Shown: positions 33,930-43,801 of the stretch, piece after piece
How positions within the stretch are numbered: position 1 is the first letter of the stretch
Layout of the letters: each line of letters begins with the position of its first letter
Origin: Alphaproteobacteria bacterium
GTDB taxonomy: Bacteria > Pseudomonadota > Alphaproteobacteria > UBA828
Reading direction: 5' to 3'
Length of the DNA: 64,000 nucleotides
NCBI GenBank assembly: GCA_963667785.2
Contig: CAXXMU010000002.1
Span: 576,001-640,000, forward strand
The notes under the pieces: model-generated
The model's database searches: none
What the model was told of the DNA's origin: nothing
The model's input: only the letters and a program-made list of their open reading frames with translations
Position numbers and translations under genes: made by a program

Positions 33930-34762
33930 CCCAGGCGGAGGTCGGTGCCAGCGCCGCCAAGCCGCAAGCGGCGGCGGCAGGCGTGAGCAGCGGGAGGGCG
34001 AAGACGCTGCGGCGCTTCCGCTACGCGCCGGCCGTCGCCGCCGGCGCCGGCATGGTGATCGTGTGGCACCTCATCGTCACCGGCTTCGACATCCCCACCT
34101 ACATCGCGCCGAGCCCGTGGCAGGTGCTGCAGGTGTTCGCCACCCAGGGCGACCTCCTCTGGGTCAATTTCCTGCCGACCCTGCTGGAGGCGGTGTGCGG
34201 CTTCGCGCTGGGCAACACCATCGCGGTGTTGCTGGCGGTCTGGTTCGTGCACAGCGGGCTGGCGGAGCGCGCGTTCTATCCCATCGCTGTCTTCATCAAC
34301 ACGATTCCGATCATCGCGATTGCGCCGATCCTGGTGCTGATGCTGGGCAACGGCTACGAGCCCAAGATCGTCATCGCGGCCCTGATCTGCTTCTTCCCCA
34401 CGCTGGTCAACATGGTGCGGGGCCTGAAGGCGGTCAGTCCGCAGATGCTGGAGCTGATGCGCGTGCTCTCGGCCAGCGAGCGGGAGGTGCTGTTCAAGAT
34501 CCGGCTGCAAAGCTCCCTGCCGTTTCTCTTCGCGGCGCTCCGGATCGCTTCGACGACCTGCGTCATCGGCGCCATCGTCGGCGAGTGGATCGGCTCCAAC
34601 TACGGCCTGGGCTCCCTCATCATCGAGGCCACCTACAACTTCCGCGCCCCGCTGCTCTACGCCACGGTCATCCTGGGCGCCGGGCTCGCGGTGGCCTTCT
34701 TCGTCATCACCTCGCTCGTCGAGCGGATCGTCCTGAAGTGGAAGCCGGGTGAGGTCTATTGA
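33926..34762 (+). CDS. NitT/TauT-type ABC permease
   Basis: IPIIAIAP, FFPTLVN, IGAIVGEW..GLG. Confidence 0.92.
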   Translation: MTQAEVGASAAKPQAAAAGVSSGRAKTLRRFRYAPAVAAGAGMVIVWHLIVTGFDIPTYIAPSPWQVLQVFATQGDLLWVNFLPTLLEAVCGFALGNTIAVLLAVWFVHSGLAERAFYPIAVFINTIPIIAIAPILVLMLGNGYEPKIVIAALICFFPTLVNMVRGLKAVSPQMLELMRVLSASEREVLFKIRLQSSLPFLFAALRIASTTCVIGAIVGEWIGSNYGLGSLIIEATYNFRAPLLYATVILGAGLAVAFFVITSLVERIVLKWKPGEVY

Positions 34763-34794
34763 GCCGACCGCGGCGGATAGCTGGAGGCAAGCGC

Positions 34795-36156
34795 ATGTCA
34801 TCGCCCGAAATCCTGACCCGGCCCGAAACCCGCGTGCCGGTCGTCGCCACCGCCGACGTGGTTGTCGTGGGCGGCGGGCCCGCCGGCCTGGCGGCGGCGG
34901 TCTCGGCTGCGCGCAACGGCGCCGGGGTGATCCTGGTGGAACGCTATCCCTACCTCGGCGGCCTCGCGTCGGGCGGCATGGTCCTGGTGCTGGACGACAT
35001 GCACAACGACACGGAGATCTCCGTGCGGGGCCTCGCCATGGAGATCATCGAGCGCATGCACGCCAAGGAGCTCTGCGTCTACCCGCCGGAGGCCGACCGC
35101 GACCCGGCGGTGCGCGCGACGGAAGAGATGTGGCGCAAGTGGTCGCGCTGGGGCGTGTTCAATTTCTATGCCAGCACGAAGCCCTATCCCATCATCTTCG
35201 CCGCCTCCTTCGACCCGGACGGCTTCAAGCAGGCATCGCTCGACATGGTGCGGGAGGCCGGCATCGAGCTCAGGCTGCATAGCTGGTTCCAGTCCACGAT
35301 CGTGGAGGACGGCCGGGCGGCCGGCGTGATCGTCGAGACCAAGGAGGGCGCGCAGGCCATCCGCGGAAGCGTCGTCGTCGATGCCACCGGCGACCTCGAC
35401 GTGGCCGCCAGCGCCGGCGCTCCCTACGCCGACGGCTCGTACATCGTCACCACGGTCTCCCGCATGGGCGGGGTGGACACGGACGAGGCGGAACGCTTCC
35501 AGTTCGAGGAGCCGGAGCGTTTCGCCGAGATCGACCGCCGCGCCCGGCGCCTGATCGGCGGCTGCTGGCAGCACTGGTGGCTGAAGACCCCGCTGCCCGG
35601 CATCGTCTGGTGCAACTGCCCGCACATGTCCGGCTTCGACGGGCTCAAGGTGGCGGACCTCACGGCGGCCGAATTCGAAGGTCGGCGGCGCATGCAGGCG
35701 CTGCTGGAATACGCCCGCGAGCACGTGCCGGGCTTCGAGCGCGCTTACGTCGTGGACTTCGCCCCGCAGACGGGTGTGCGCCAGACCCGCCTGCTCGAAG
35801 GCGAGTACGTGGTCACCGCACGCGACGTGAAGGAGCGGGTGCACTTCCACGACAGCGTGTGCCGCGGCCGCGACTACTACACCCCCTACCGCGCGCTGCT
35901 GCCGGTGGGGGTAGACCAGCTTCTGGTCGCGGGCCGCCACTACTCGGCGACGCCGCAGGCCCAGAAGATCAGCCGCGAGATTCCGCCCTGCATGGCCATG
36001 GGCGAGGCCGCCGGCATCGCCGCCGCCCAGGCTCTCGATGCCGGCGTCCTGGTGCGCGACGTCGACGTGCGCGGCATTCAGAGACAGGTGCGGGCCCAGG
36101 GCGGCGATCCCGGAGACCGGCCGGCCGAGAACGCGCTCGTGACGGAGGCCGCCTGA
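34795..36156 (+). CDS. FAD-dependent oxidoreductase
   Basis: DVVVVGGGPAG, LGGLASGG, DATGD.D, GVRQTR, PYRALLP, LLVAGR, CMAMGEAAG. Confidence 0.85.
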   Translation: MSSPEILTRPETRVPVVATADVVVVGGGPAGLAAAVSAARNGAGVILVERYPYLGGLASGGMVLVLDDMHNDTEISVRGLAMEIIERMHAKELCVYPPEADRDPAVRATEEMWRKWSRWGVFNFYASTKPYPIIFAASFDPDGFKQASLDMVREAGIELRLHSWFQSTIVEDGRAAGVIVETKEGAQAIRGSVVVDATGDLDVAASAGAPYADGSYIVTTVSRMGGVDTDEAERFQFEEPERFAEIDRRARRLIGGCWQHWWLKTPLPGIVWCNCPHMSGFDGLKVADLTAAEFEGRRRMQALLEYAREHVPGFERAYVVDFAPQTGVRQTRLLEGEYVVTARDVKERVHFHDSVCRGRDYYTPYRALLPVGVDQLLVAGRHYSATPQAQKISREIPPCMAMGEAAGIAAAQALDAGVLVRDVDVRGIQRQVRAQGGDPGDRPAENALVTEAA

Positions 36157-37346
36157 TGTCCCCGATGTCGTCCGAACCGGACCCCGGCGCCGGCCGCCCG
36201 CTTCCCCTCGACGGCGTGCGGGTTCTCGACTTCACCCAGGTGATGATGGGGCCGTCCTGCACCCAGATGCTGGGCGACTACGGCGCCGACGTCATCAAGA
36301 TCGAGCGCGTGGGCGCCGGCGACCTCTCGCGCTGGAGCGTGGGCGAGGACCCGGACGGCGGCAACAACCCGGTCTTCGCCAGCCTGAACCGCAACAAGCG
36401 CAGTGTCGCGCTCGACCTGAAGTCGGACGCGGACCGGCAGGCAGCCCTCGCTCTGGTGGAGAGCGCGGACGTGGTGGTGAGCAACTTCCGCCCCGGCGTC
36501 ATCGAGCGCATGGGGTTCGGCTACGACGACTTGCGCCGCGTCAACCCGCGCATCATCTGCGCGGTCGGCACCGGCTTCGGCCTGGAGGGGCCCTACGTGC
36601 ACAAGGGGGGGCAGGACGTGCTGGCCCAGGCCATGAGCGGCGCCATGCACCGCCGCGCCGATCCGGCGCTGCCCCTCTCGATCTATCCCACGGCGCTCGC
36701 GGACTACAGCGCCGGCATGCACCTGGTGCAGGGGATCCTGCTGGCGCTGCTGCAGCGCGAGAAGACCGGCGAGGGGCAGCAGGTCGCGGTCTCGCTCTAC
36801 AACTCCATGCTGGCGATGCAGATGCAGGAAGCGGCGATGTGGATGATGCGGGGCCGCGAGCTGAACTGGGCCGCCATGCCGCTCACGGGCGTGTTCGAGA
36901 CCGCCGACGGCGCCATCGTCGTGGTGGGCGCGTTCAAGGAGAATCCGCTGCGCGACATCTGCCGGGCGCTCGGGATCGACGATCTCTCGGCCGATCCCCG
37001 CTACGCCACCCTGGAGCAGCAGAGGACACACCGGGCGGTGCTGCAGGCGATCTTCCGCGAGGGCTTCGCCGGCGACACCACGGCTCACTGGCTGGCGCGG
37101 CTCGAGGAGGTCGACATCCTGTGCGCGCCGGTGGCGACGCTCGAGGACGCCCTGGACGATCCCCAGACATCCTGCAACCGTATGATCGTGGAGCTGGAGC
37201 CGACCGCCGGCGGGCCCGTCCGTCTCGTGGCCTCGCCCATCGACATGTCGGCGGCGCCGTTTGCGGTGCGCCGCGCCCCGCCGGCGCTGGGTGAGCACAA
37301 CGACGAGGTGCTGCCGCAGCCGCGCTCCAGCGAGCACGCCGCGTGA
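36156..37346 (+). CDS. family III CoA-transferase (CaiB/BaiF)
   Basis: LDGVRVLDF, LGDYGADVIKIE, NRNKRS, NFRPG, catalytic Asp in LADYSAG. Confidence 0.92.
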   Translation: MSPMSSEPDPGAGRPLPLDGVRVLDFTQVMMGPSCTQMLGDYGADVIKIERVGAGDLSRWSVGEDPDGGNNPVFASLNRNKRSVALDLKSDADRQAALALVESADVVVSNFRPGVIERMGFGYDDLRRVNPRIICAVGTGFGLEGPYVHKGGQDVLAQAMSGAMHRRADPALPLSIYPTALADYSAGMHLVQGILLALLQREKTGEGQQVAVSLYNSMLAMQMQEAAMWMMRGRELNWAAMPLTGVFETADGAIVVVGAFKENPLRDICRALGIDDLSADPRYATLEQQRTHRAVLQAIFREGFAGDTTAHWLARLEEVDILCAPVATLEDALDDPQTSCNRMIVELEPTAGGPVRLVASPIDMSAAPFAVRRAPPALGEHNDEVLPQPRSSEHAA

Positions 37347-38110
37347 GCGTAGAGTACGACGTCGCGGGCGGCATCGCCCGGGTCACGCTGAACCGGCCCG
37401 AGCGGCTGAACGCCATCGACTCCGCCGCCGCGGCCTCTCTCGACGAGATCTGGACCGCGATCGACGGGGACCCGGCGATCCGCTGCGTCGTGCTCACCGG
37501 CGCAGGCCGCGCCTTCTGTGCGGGCGCCGACATGAAGGAGGACGGCCCCGACGGACTGGCCTACTGGGCCGCCACCGGCGACTACGGCTTCGGCGGCATC
37601 GCGCTCGGCGGGCGGCTCTCCGTACCCCTCATCGCCAGGGTCAACGGCGCCGCCCTCGGCGGCGGCTTCGAGATGGTGCTCGGCTGCGACCTCGTCGTCG
37701 CTGCCGAGAGCGCCGTCTTCGGCCTGCCCGAGCCGCGCGTCGGCCGTCTGCCGCTCGACGGCATGGTCCTCCTGCCCCGCCTGATCCCGCGCGCGCGCGC
37801 CATGGAGATGCTGCTGACCGGCCGCCGCATCGGCGCGGCGGAAGCGCTGGAGCACGGCCTGATCAATCAGGTCGTGCCGGACGCCGGGCTCGACGGCGCC
37901 GTGCAGGCATGGATCGACGACATCGTGGCGTGCGCGCCGCTCAGCCTGAAGGCGATCAAGCGTTCCGTCAGCGACACCGCGCAACTGACGATCCGGCAGG
38001 CCCGCAACGCCCGCCTGCCGAGCCTCGTCGAGGCGCTGCAGAGCCGGGACGCGCAGGAGGGGGTGCGCGCCTTCAGGGAGAAGCGGGCGCCCAAATGGAG
38101 CGGCGACTGA
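37343..38110 (+). CDS. enoyl-CoA hydratase/crotonase family protein
   Basis: LNRPERLNA, FCAGAD, GGGFE, LPE..G, FREKR.P.W. Confidence 0.92.
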   Translation: MSVEYDVAGGIARVTLNRPERLNAIDSAAAASLDEIWTAIDGDPAIRCVVLTGAGRAFCAGADMKEDGPDGLAYWAATGDYGFGGIALGGRLSVPLIARVNGAALGGGFEMVLGCDLVVAAESAVFGLPEPRVGRLPLDGMVLLPRLIPRARAMEMLLTGRRIGAAEALEHGLINQVVPDAGLDGAVQAWIDDIVACAPLSLKAIKRSVSDTAQLTIRQARNARLPSLVEALQSRDAQEGVRAFREKRAPKWSGD

Positions 38111-38220
38111 CGCGCTTCGCGCGAGCGACCGTCTCGGCACGGCATCGGTTCGTATTGCCGTCGATTCCCATTTCTTCGATGATTCGCCATCCTGAGGTGG
38201 CGGACAGAGGCTGAGAATCG

Positions 38221-39144
38221 ATGCATGCAGCGGTGCTGCGGTACTTCGAGGCGGTCGCCGAGGACGGCTCGATCCGGCGTGCCTCGGAGCGGCTGCACAT
38301 CTCCCCCTCGGCCGTCAATCGGCAGATCCTGAAGCTGGAGGACGATCTCGGCACGCCGTTGTTCGAGAGGCGGCCGGACGGCATGCGGCTGACCGATGCC
38401 GGGCACCTGGTGCTGCGCCACGCGCGCGCCACCCTGCACGATTTCGCCCGGCTGCGCGGCGACATCGACAAGCTGCGCGGCGTCGTCAGCGGCGACGTCA
38501 CCATCACCACCGTGGACAGCCTGAACGTGCAATTCCTGCCCGAGACGGTGTCCGGGCTCATCGCGGCCCACCCGGCGGTGCAGATTCGCGTGATGGCCTG
38601 CGATCCGGTGACGGCCATGCAGGCCGTCGCCCAGGGAAACGCGGACCTCGGCCTGACCTTCTCGCCGGCCCTGCGCCGCGGAATCACCGTGCTCAAGGGC
38701 CTGCCGTGCCCGATGTGCGCCATCATGGCGCCGGACCATGCGCTGGCGGCGCGCAAGAGCGTCACCCTGGACGAGTGCGGCGCCTACCCGCTGATGTACC
38801 AGGACCACTCGGGCTCGATGCAGCTCTTCTTCGGCGAGGAGATGGAGGCGTTCAAGAACGCGCACAAGCCGATCGCGATCTCCAATACGCTGGCGATCCT
38901 GAAGCGACTGCTGCTGGGCGGCGTCGGGATCGCCTTCTACACGCGCCTCGGGTTCGCCGAGGAGCTCGCCGGCGGCCGCCTGGTCGCAGTACCGCTCGAA
39001 GGGGAGCGCCTGTCGACCCTGCGCCTCTGCCTGATCGCCCCCTCCGAGCGGAAGCCGACCGTGGCCGCCCACGCCGTGGCCGCGCATCTGCAGCAGGCGC
39101 TGGACCGGTTCGCTGCCGGCCTCCGCCCGTCTCTCACCGCGTGA
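38221..39144 (+). CDS. LysR family transcriptional regulator
   Basis: N-terminal HTH GSIRRASERLHISPSAVNRQI..LE..LG..LFER. Confidence 0.93.
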   Translation: MHAAVLRYFEAVAEDGSIRRASERLHISPSAVNRQILKLEDDLGTPLFERRPDGMRLTDAGHLVLRHARATLHDFARLRGDIDKLRGVVSGDVTITTVDSLNVQFLPETVSGLIAAHPAVQIRVMACDPVTAMQAVAQGNADLGLTFSPALRRGITVLKGLPCPMCAIMAPDHALAARKSVTLDECGAYPLMYQDHSGSMQLFFGEEMEAFKNAHKPIAISNTLAILKRLLLGGVGIAFYTRLGFAEELAGGRLVAVPLEGERLSTLRLCLIAPSERKPTVAAHAVAAHLQQALDRFAAGLRPSLTA

Positions 39145-39151
39145 CCGGGCT

Positions 39152-39595
39152 CTACGGCCCGGCGCGGCGGAGCGCGACGATGGGGATTGGGCGGGAGGTG
39201 GCGGCGCGGTAGGTGGCGTAGCGCGGATTCGTCGCGACCACCCTGTCGAACAGCCCGCCGCGTTCCGGCTCCGGCGTTATGCGGGCCTGGGCGGCGAAGC
39301 GTTCGCCACCGGTCTCGACGTGAACCGCCGGGTCGGCGGCGACGTTCAGGTACCACGCGGGATGGCGGTTCTGGCCGTAGTTGGACGCGACGACGAGGAG
39401 GTCGCCGGAGTCGTCGAAGCGGAAGTACGTCAGGGGCGAGGAGCGAGGCCTGCCGCTCCTGCGTCCCCTCGTGACGAGTATGAGAATGCCGCAGCCTTCC
39501 AGGCGGCCCAGCAGGCGGCCGCCCGAGAGGCGGAACAGGAAGCGGTGCAACGGGACGAAGAACCACGCGATGAGGAGGCGATTCCAGGTCGGCAT
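39152..39595 (-). CDS. deazaflavin(F420)-dependent nitroreductase/Ddn-like split-barrel protein
   Basis: LVTRGRRSG.PR..PL, VVASNYG...HPAWYLN..ADP.V, Y..Y...TSR.IP. Confidence 0.88.
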   Translation of the reverse strand: MPTWNRLLIAWFFVPLHRFLFRLSGGRLLGRLEGCGILILVTRGRRSGRPRSSPLTYFRFDDSGDLLVVASNYGQNRHPAWYLNVAADPAVHVETGGERFAAQARITPEPERGGLFDRVVATNPRYATYRAATSRPIPIVALRRAGP

Positions 39596-39632
39596 TGCCG
39601 GTTCCTTCGGCTGCGGCAGGCGATCCGCAGGC

Positions 39633-39709
39633 TGGCGCGCCCGGCAGGACTCGAACCTGCGACCCCTTGATTAGGAATCAAGTGCTCTATCCGGCTGAGC
39701 TACGGGCGC
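39633..39709 (-). tRNA. tRNA-Arg(CCT)
   Basis: Reverse complement GCGCCCGTAGCTCAGCCGGATAGAGCACTTGATTCCTAATCAAGGGGTCGCAGGTTCGAGTCCTGCCGGGCGCGCCA; 77 nt. Confidence 0.96.
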
Positions 39710-39718
39710 GCGCGCCCC

Positions 39719-39747
39719 ATCGATAGCGCAGGCGGGGCTTTTGTCAA
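39719..39747 (-). promoter_or_regulatory. putative sigma70 promoter of tRNA-Arg
   Basis: Minus strand TTGACA-N16-TATCGAT immediately upstream of the tRNA. Confidence 0.55.
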
Positions 39748-39758
39748 TCGGGCGTGCG

Positions 39759-41753
39759 TCAGAGCCTCATCCCCAGCGTCCGCCCTTCGTAGAAGGCCAT
39801 GCCCGCGGTGCGCGCCGCGACCATGTCGCCGATGGTGTGGACCTCGAGATCGTCGTCCGCCAGCGCGTGCGCGAGCACGTCGTCCACCGTGTTGGTGGTG
39901 GCGAGCACGAGATCGTCGAAGGTCATCTCCGTCGTCTCGCCGGTGTGGAGGCTGACGACCGTCGCCGTCTTCCCCGCCCAGCGCGTCAGCGCATGGCCGC
40001 AGAGCACCGTGACGCCCAGCCTGGCGAAGCGCTCGCGCGTGCTCGGGCCGAGGTGCGAGCTGTCGAGCGCTTCCGCCGGCTTCTCCGAGGCGGTGACGAC
40101 GGTCACGCCGTGGCCGTTCTCCGCGAGGTGGAGCGCGGTGCCCGAGGCGGGCCACCAGCCATTGATGTCGTCGAGCAGGAGCACCCGCTCGCCCGGCGCC
40201 GCCCGGCCGTCGAGAACGTCGTTCGCGCTGTGGACGTTCGCCTGGTCCGCGCCCGGCAGCGCGTCGACGTGGGGCAGCGCGCGCTGGAAGCCCGTGCGCG
40301 TCGGCACCGACCCGGTGCAGAGCACGACCGCATCGGCGCCGGAGCCGCGTACGGCCTCGGCCGTCATCTCGGTCCCAAGCCGGACCCGGACCTGCAGCTT
40401 CTCGAGCTGCCCCCGGTACCAGGCGAGCAGCTCGTCGATCTCGCCCCGCTCCGGCTGCGCCGCGGCGAGGCGGAATTGTCCGCCCAGCGCGTCCGCCTTC
40501 TCAACCAGCGTCACCCGGTGCCCGCGCACTGCTGCGACGCGGGCGGCCTCCAGTCCGGCCGGCCCGCCGCCCACCACCAGCACCGCGCGGGGCGCCTCGG
40601 CGGGCGCCGGGTCGTCGCCGTCCCATTCGTGCTCGCGGCCGACGGAGGGGTTGACCAGGCAGGAGATGTGATAGTCCCGCATGCGCCGCCCGATGCAGAG
40701 CTGGTTGCAGGAGATGCAGGGGCGGACCTCGTCCGCGCGCCCCTCGCGCGCCTTCCTGGCGAGGTGCGGGTCCGCGATCTGGCCGCGCACGATGGAGACG
40801 AGATCGCAGGCGCCGCCGGCGATGGCGGCGTCCGCCCGCGCGGGCGTCTTGACCCGCGCCTCGGCCGTGACCAGCGCGTGGCTCACCACCTGCTTGATCG
40901 CGGCGGCGTCCTCCACGCCGAGCGGCGTCGCGTGATGGAAGCCCGGAACGATGGACGTGAACCGGTTGATGTAGCTGCCGGTGCCGCAGGAGAAGTAGTC
41001 CGCCAGCCCGCGCGAATCGAGCCAGGCGAAGATCTCCTGCTTGTCGGCCATGCTGAGGCCGCCGGGGTAGGGCTCCGCGCCGGAGACGGTCATGCCGACG
41101 ATGAAGTCCGGGCCGCAGGCCTTGCGGATGCCGCCTGCGATCTCGGTCACGAAGCGGAGCCGGTTCTCCAGGCTGCCGCCCCAGCGATCGTCACGCCGGT
41201 TGGTCAGCGGCGACCAGAACTGGTCGATCAGGCAGGAGTAGCCGGCGAAGAGATCGACGCCGTCGAAGCCCCCCTCGCGGTCGCGCACCGCCTGGTCGAT
41301 GAAGGCCTGGATCAGCTCGGCGATCTCCGCCTCGCTCATGGCGTGGCTGCCCCAGGGGTCGTGGTGGCTCACCTGCCCCGAAGGCGACCAGTAGGGCGAC
41401 CAGGAGTTGTCCTGATCGCCGTGCGCGCCGACGTGATAGATCTGGTGGCACATGACGGTGCCGAAGCGGTGGCACTCGTCCGTGATCCTGCGGAAGTGGG
41501 GGATGACGGCGTCGTCGGCGAGGAAGTTGCCGCGCGTGAGCACGGCCGTCGGATGCGGCGGGGTCGGCTCCACCACGATCATGGCGGCGCCGCCGCGGGC
41601 GCGCTCGCGGTAGTAGCCGAGGTGGCGCTCGCGCGGCAGCCCGCCTTCCGCCATGTTGGCCGTGTGCGCGCCGAAGACGATGCGGCAGTTCAGCGTGTGG
41701 CCGCCGAGGCGCGCCGGGGCGAACAGGTGGGGGAAGCGTTCCGGCTCCGTCAT
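39759..41753 (-). CDS. NADH:flavin oxidoreductase (OYE barrel + 4Fe-4S + FAD/ADP domain; TMADH/DCR-like architecture)
   Basis: YYRERARGGA, QFWSPLTNRRDD.WGGSLENR, CISCNQLC-x11-C, VVGGGPAGLEAA. Confidence 0.88.
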   Translation of the reverse strand: MTEPERFPHLFAPARLGGHTLNCRIVFGAHTANMAEGGLPRERHLGYYRERARGGAAMIVVEPTPPHPTAVLTRGNFLADDAVIPHFRRITDECHRFGTVMCHQIYHVGAHGDQDNSWSPYWSPSGQVSHHDPWGSHAMSEAEIAELIQAFIDQAVRDREGGFDGVDLFAGYSCLIDQFWSPLTNRRDDRWGGSLENRLRFVTEIAGGIRKACGPDFIVGMTVSGAEPYPGGLSMADKQEIFAWLDSRGLADYFSCGTGSYINRFTSIVPGFHHATPLGVEDAAAIKQVVSHALVTAEARVKTPARADAAIAGGACDLVSIVRGQIADPHLARKAREGRADEVRPCISCNQLCIGRRMRDYHISCLVNPSVGREHEWDGDDPAPAEAPRAVLVVGGGPAGLEAARVAAVRGHRVTLVEKADALGGQFRLAAAQPERGEIDELLAWYRGQLEKLQVRVRLGTEMTAEAVRGSGADAVVLCTGSVPTRTGFQRALPHVDALPGADQANVHSANDVLDGRAAPGERVLLLDDINGWWPASGTALHLAENGHGVTVVTASEKPAEALDSSHLGPSTRERFARLGVTVLCGHALTRWAGKTATVVSLHTGETTEMTFDDLVLATTNTVDDVLAHALADDDLEVHTIGDMVAARTAGMAFYEGRTLGMRL

Positions 41754-41757
41754 CGCG

Positions 41758-42537
41758 TCACGCATCGGCGAGCGCCGACGGACTCTCGGGCAGGATCTGC
41801 CCGCCGTCGAGCACCAGCGCCTGCCCGGTGATGTAGCGCGCCTGGTCGCTGGCGAGGTAGACCGCAGCAAAGGCGATGTCCTCGGGCTCGCCGATGTAGC
41901 CGGCGGGGATGACCGCCCTGATGTCCTCCACCTGATCGCCGCCGAGATCGACCAGGCCCTCGGTCATGATGGAGCCGGGGGAGATCGCGTTGACCGTGAT
42001 GTCGTGCTTGGCGAGCTCCAGTGCTGCGCCCCTGACGAACGCGTTCACGCCGCCCTTCGACGCCATGTAGTGGGAGAGCCCCGGCCAGCCCACGTTGGGG
42101 CCGGTGATCGAGGAGATGACGACGACGCGGCCCTTCCCTTGCGCCTTCATCTGCGGGATGCACGCCCGGACGCCGTGGAAGACGCCCTTCAGGTTGGTAT
42201 CGATCGTGTCGTCCCAGGTCTCGTCGTCCATGTCCGCGATGTGGGCGACGGGAAAGACGCCCGCGTTGGCGCAGAGCACGTCGATGGCGCCGTAGCGGGC
42301 GATGCAGGCCGCCGCCATCCCCTCCATGTCGGCGCGCCGCTTGACGTCGGCCTGGAGGAACGAGGCCTCGCCGCCGGCCGCGCAGATCGCGTCGGCCGTG
42401 GCCTGCCCGGCGTCGGCGCTGCGGTTCACCACCAGCACCCGCGCGCCTTCCCGCGCGAACACCGTCGCGATGCCCTTGCCGATGCCGCGGCCCGCGCCGG
42501 TCACGATTGCGGCCTTGCCCTCGAGCGTGATCGCCAT
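41758..42537 (-). CDS. SDR family oxidoreductase (FabG-like)
   Basis: TGAGRGIG, NAG, SSITGP, YMASK. Confidence 0.9.
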   Translation of the reverse strand: MAITLEGKAAIVTGAGRGIGKGIATVFAREGARVLVVNRSADAGQATADAICAAGGEASFLQADVKRRADMEGMAAACIARYGAIDVLCANAGVFPVAHIADMDDETWDDTIDTNLKGVFHGVRACIPQMKAQGKGRVVVISSITGPNVGWPGLSHYMASKGGVNAFVRGAALELAKHDITVNAISPGSIMTEGLVDLGGDQVEDIRAVIPAGYIGEPEDIAFAAVYLASDQARYITGQALVLDGGQILPESPSALADA

Positions 42538-42654
42538 GCTCCCCTCCCGCCGGTTGCGCGCGGACGATAGCACGGCGCCGCGCAGGCCGTGACCGTGGGG
42601 AGACATGCGGGCTAGAGTGGCGCCGCCGGGATGCCGTAATTCGGAGCTGTCTCG

Positions 42655-43797
42655 ATGCCCATTGACGACGTGTGCGATTCGCTGCCGCTGGTCGACCACC
42701 ATTGCCACGGGCTCTTTCCCGCGGACCTGGATGACGAGCGCCTCGCCGACTCGCTGAGCGAGGCCTTCGCGCCAGCGCCGGCCGGCACGAGCCACTGGGA
42801 CAAGCCGGTCGCGCTGTCGGTGCGGCGCTGGTGCGCGCCGCTGCTCGACCTGCCGCCGCTCTCTTCGCCCGCGGACTACGCCGCGCGCCGGTGCGCGCTC
42901 GGGGCCGAGGAGGTGAACAGGCGCTTCCTCGCGGCGGCGGGGATCGGCACCTATCTGGTCGATTCCGGCAACCGGCCGGAGGAGCTCTGCAGCGTCGCCG
43001 AGGTCGGCGCCATCGCCGGCGCGCCGGCGCGGGAGATCGTGCGCATGGAATCGGTCGCGGAAGTGGTCGCCCAGAGCGGCGTCGCGGCGGCCGGCTACGG
43101 CGAAGCGTTCGAGGCGGCCCTGCGCGAGTCCATCGGGGGCGACGTCGTCGGTCTCAAGTCCATCCTCGCCTACCGCGCGACGCTCAGCATCGACTACGGC
43201 CGGCCGAGCGATGCCGAAGTCGAGGCGGCGGCCGGGCGCTGGCTCGCCGAGATCGAGCGGACGGGCCGCGCGCGCATCACCGACCAGGTGCTCGAGCGGC
43301 ACCTGATCTGGACCGGCGCGGAGATCGCGGGCGAGCGGGGCTTCCCCATGCAGTTCCACATCGGCATCGGCGATCCCGACATCGAGCTCCACCGCGTCGA
43401 CCCCAGCCACCTGACGCCGTGGATCAAGGCGGTGGAGCCGATGGGCTTCCCGATCACGCTGCTGCATTGCTATCCGTTCCAGCGCGAGGCGGGCCTGCTC
43501 GCGGAGAACTTCCCGGCTGTCTATTTCGACGTGGGCTTCGCGCTCAACTGGGTCGGGCCCGGCTACCAGCGCATCCTGGACGAGGCGCTGGAGCTCGCGC
43601 CCTTCACCAAGCAGCTCTACAGCTCCGACGCCTTCGGCCTCGCCGAGCTCTACTTCCTGGGGGCGCTGCGCTTCCGCACCGCTCTCGCTGCGGCGCTCGG
43701 GCGCTGGGTGGAGGCGGACGAGTGCTCGGCCGCAGACGCCGAGCGGATCGCGGGCCTCATCGGCGTCGAGAACGCCCGGCGCATCTACAGAGTCTAG
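42655..43797 (+). CDS. amidohydrolase family protein (FluG N-terminal-like)
   Basis: VDHHCH, GLKSILAYR, QFHIGIGDPD, LLHCYP, YSSDA metal-ligand pattern. Confidence 0.85.
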   Translation: MPIDDVCDSLPLVDHHCHGLFPADLDDERLADSLSEAFAPAPAGTSHWDKPVALSVRRWCAPLLDLPPLSSPADYAARRCALGAEEVNRRFLAAAGIGTYLVDSGNRPEELCSVAEVGAIAGAPAREIVRMESVAEVVAQSGVAAAGYGEAFEAALRESIGGDVVGLKSILAYRATLSIDYGRPSDAEVEAAAGRWLAEIERTGRARITDQVLERHLIWTGAEIAGERGFPMQFHIGIGDPDIELHRVDPSHLTPWIKAVEPMGFPITLLHCYPFQREAGLLAENFPAVYFDVGFALNWVGPGYQRILDEALELAPFTKQLYSSDAFGLAELYFLGALRFRTALAAALGRWVEADECSAADAERIAGLIGVENARRIYRV

Positions 43798-43801
43798 GAC
43801 G

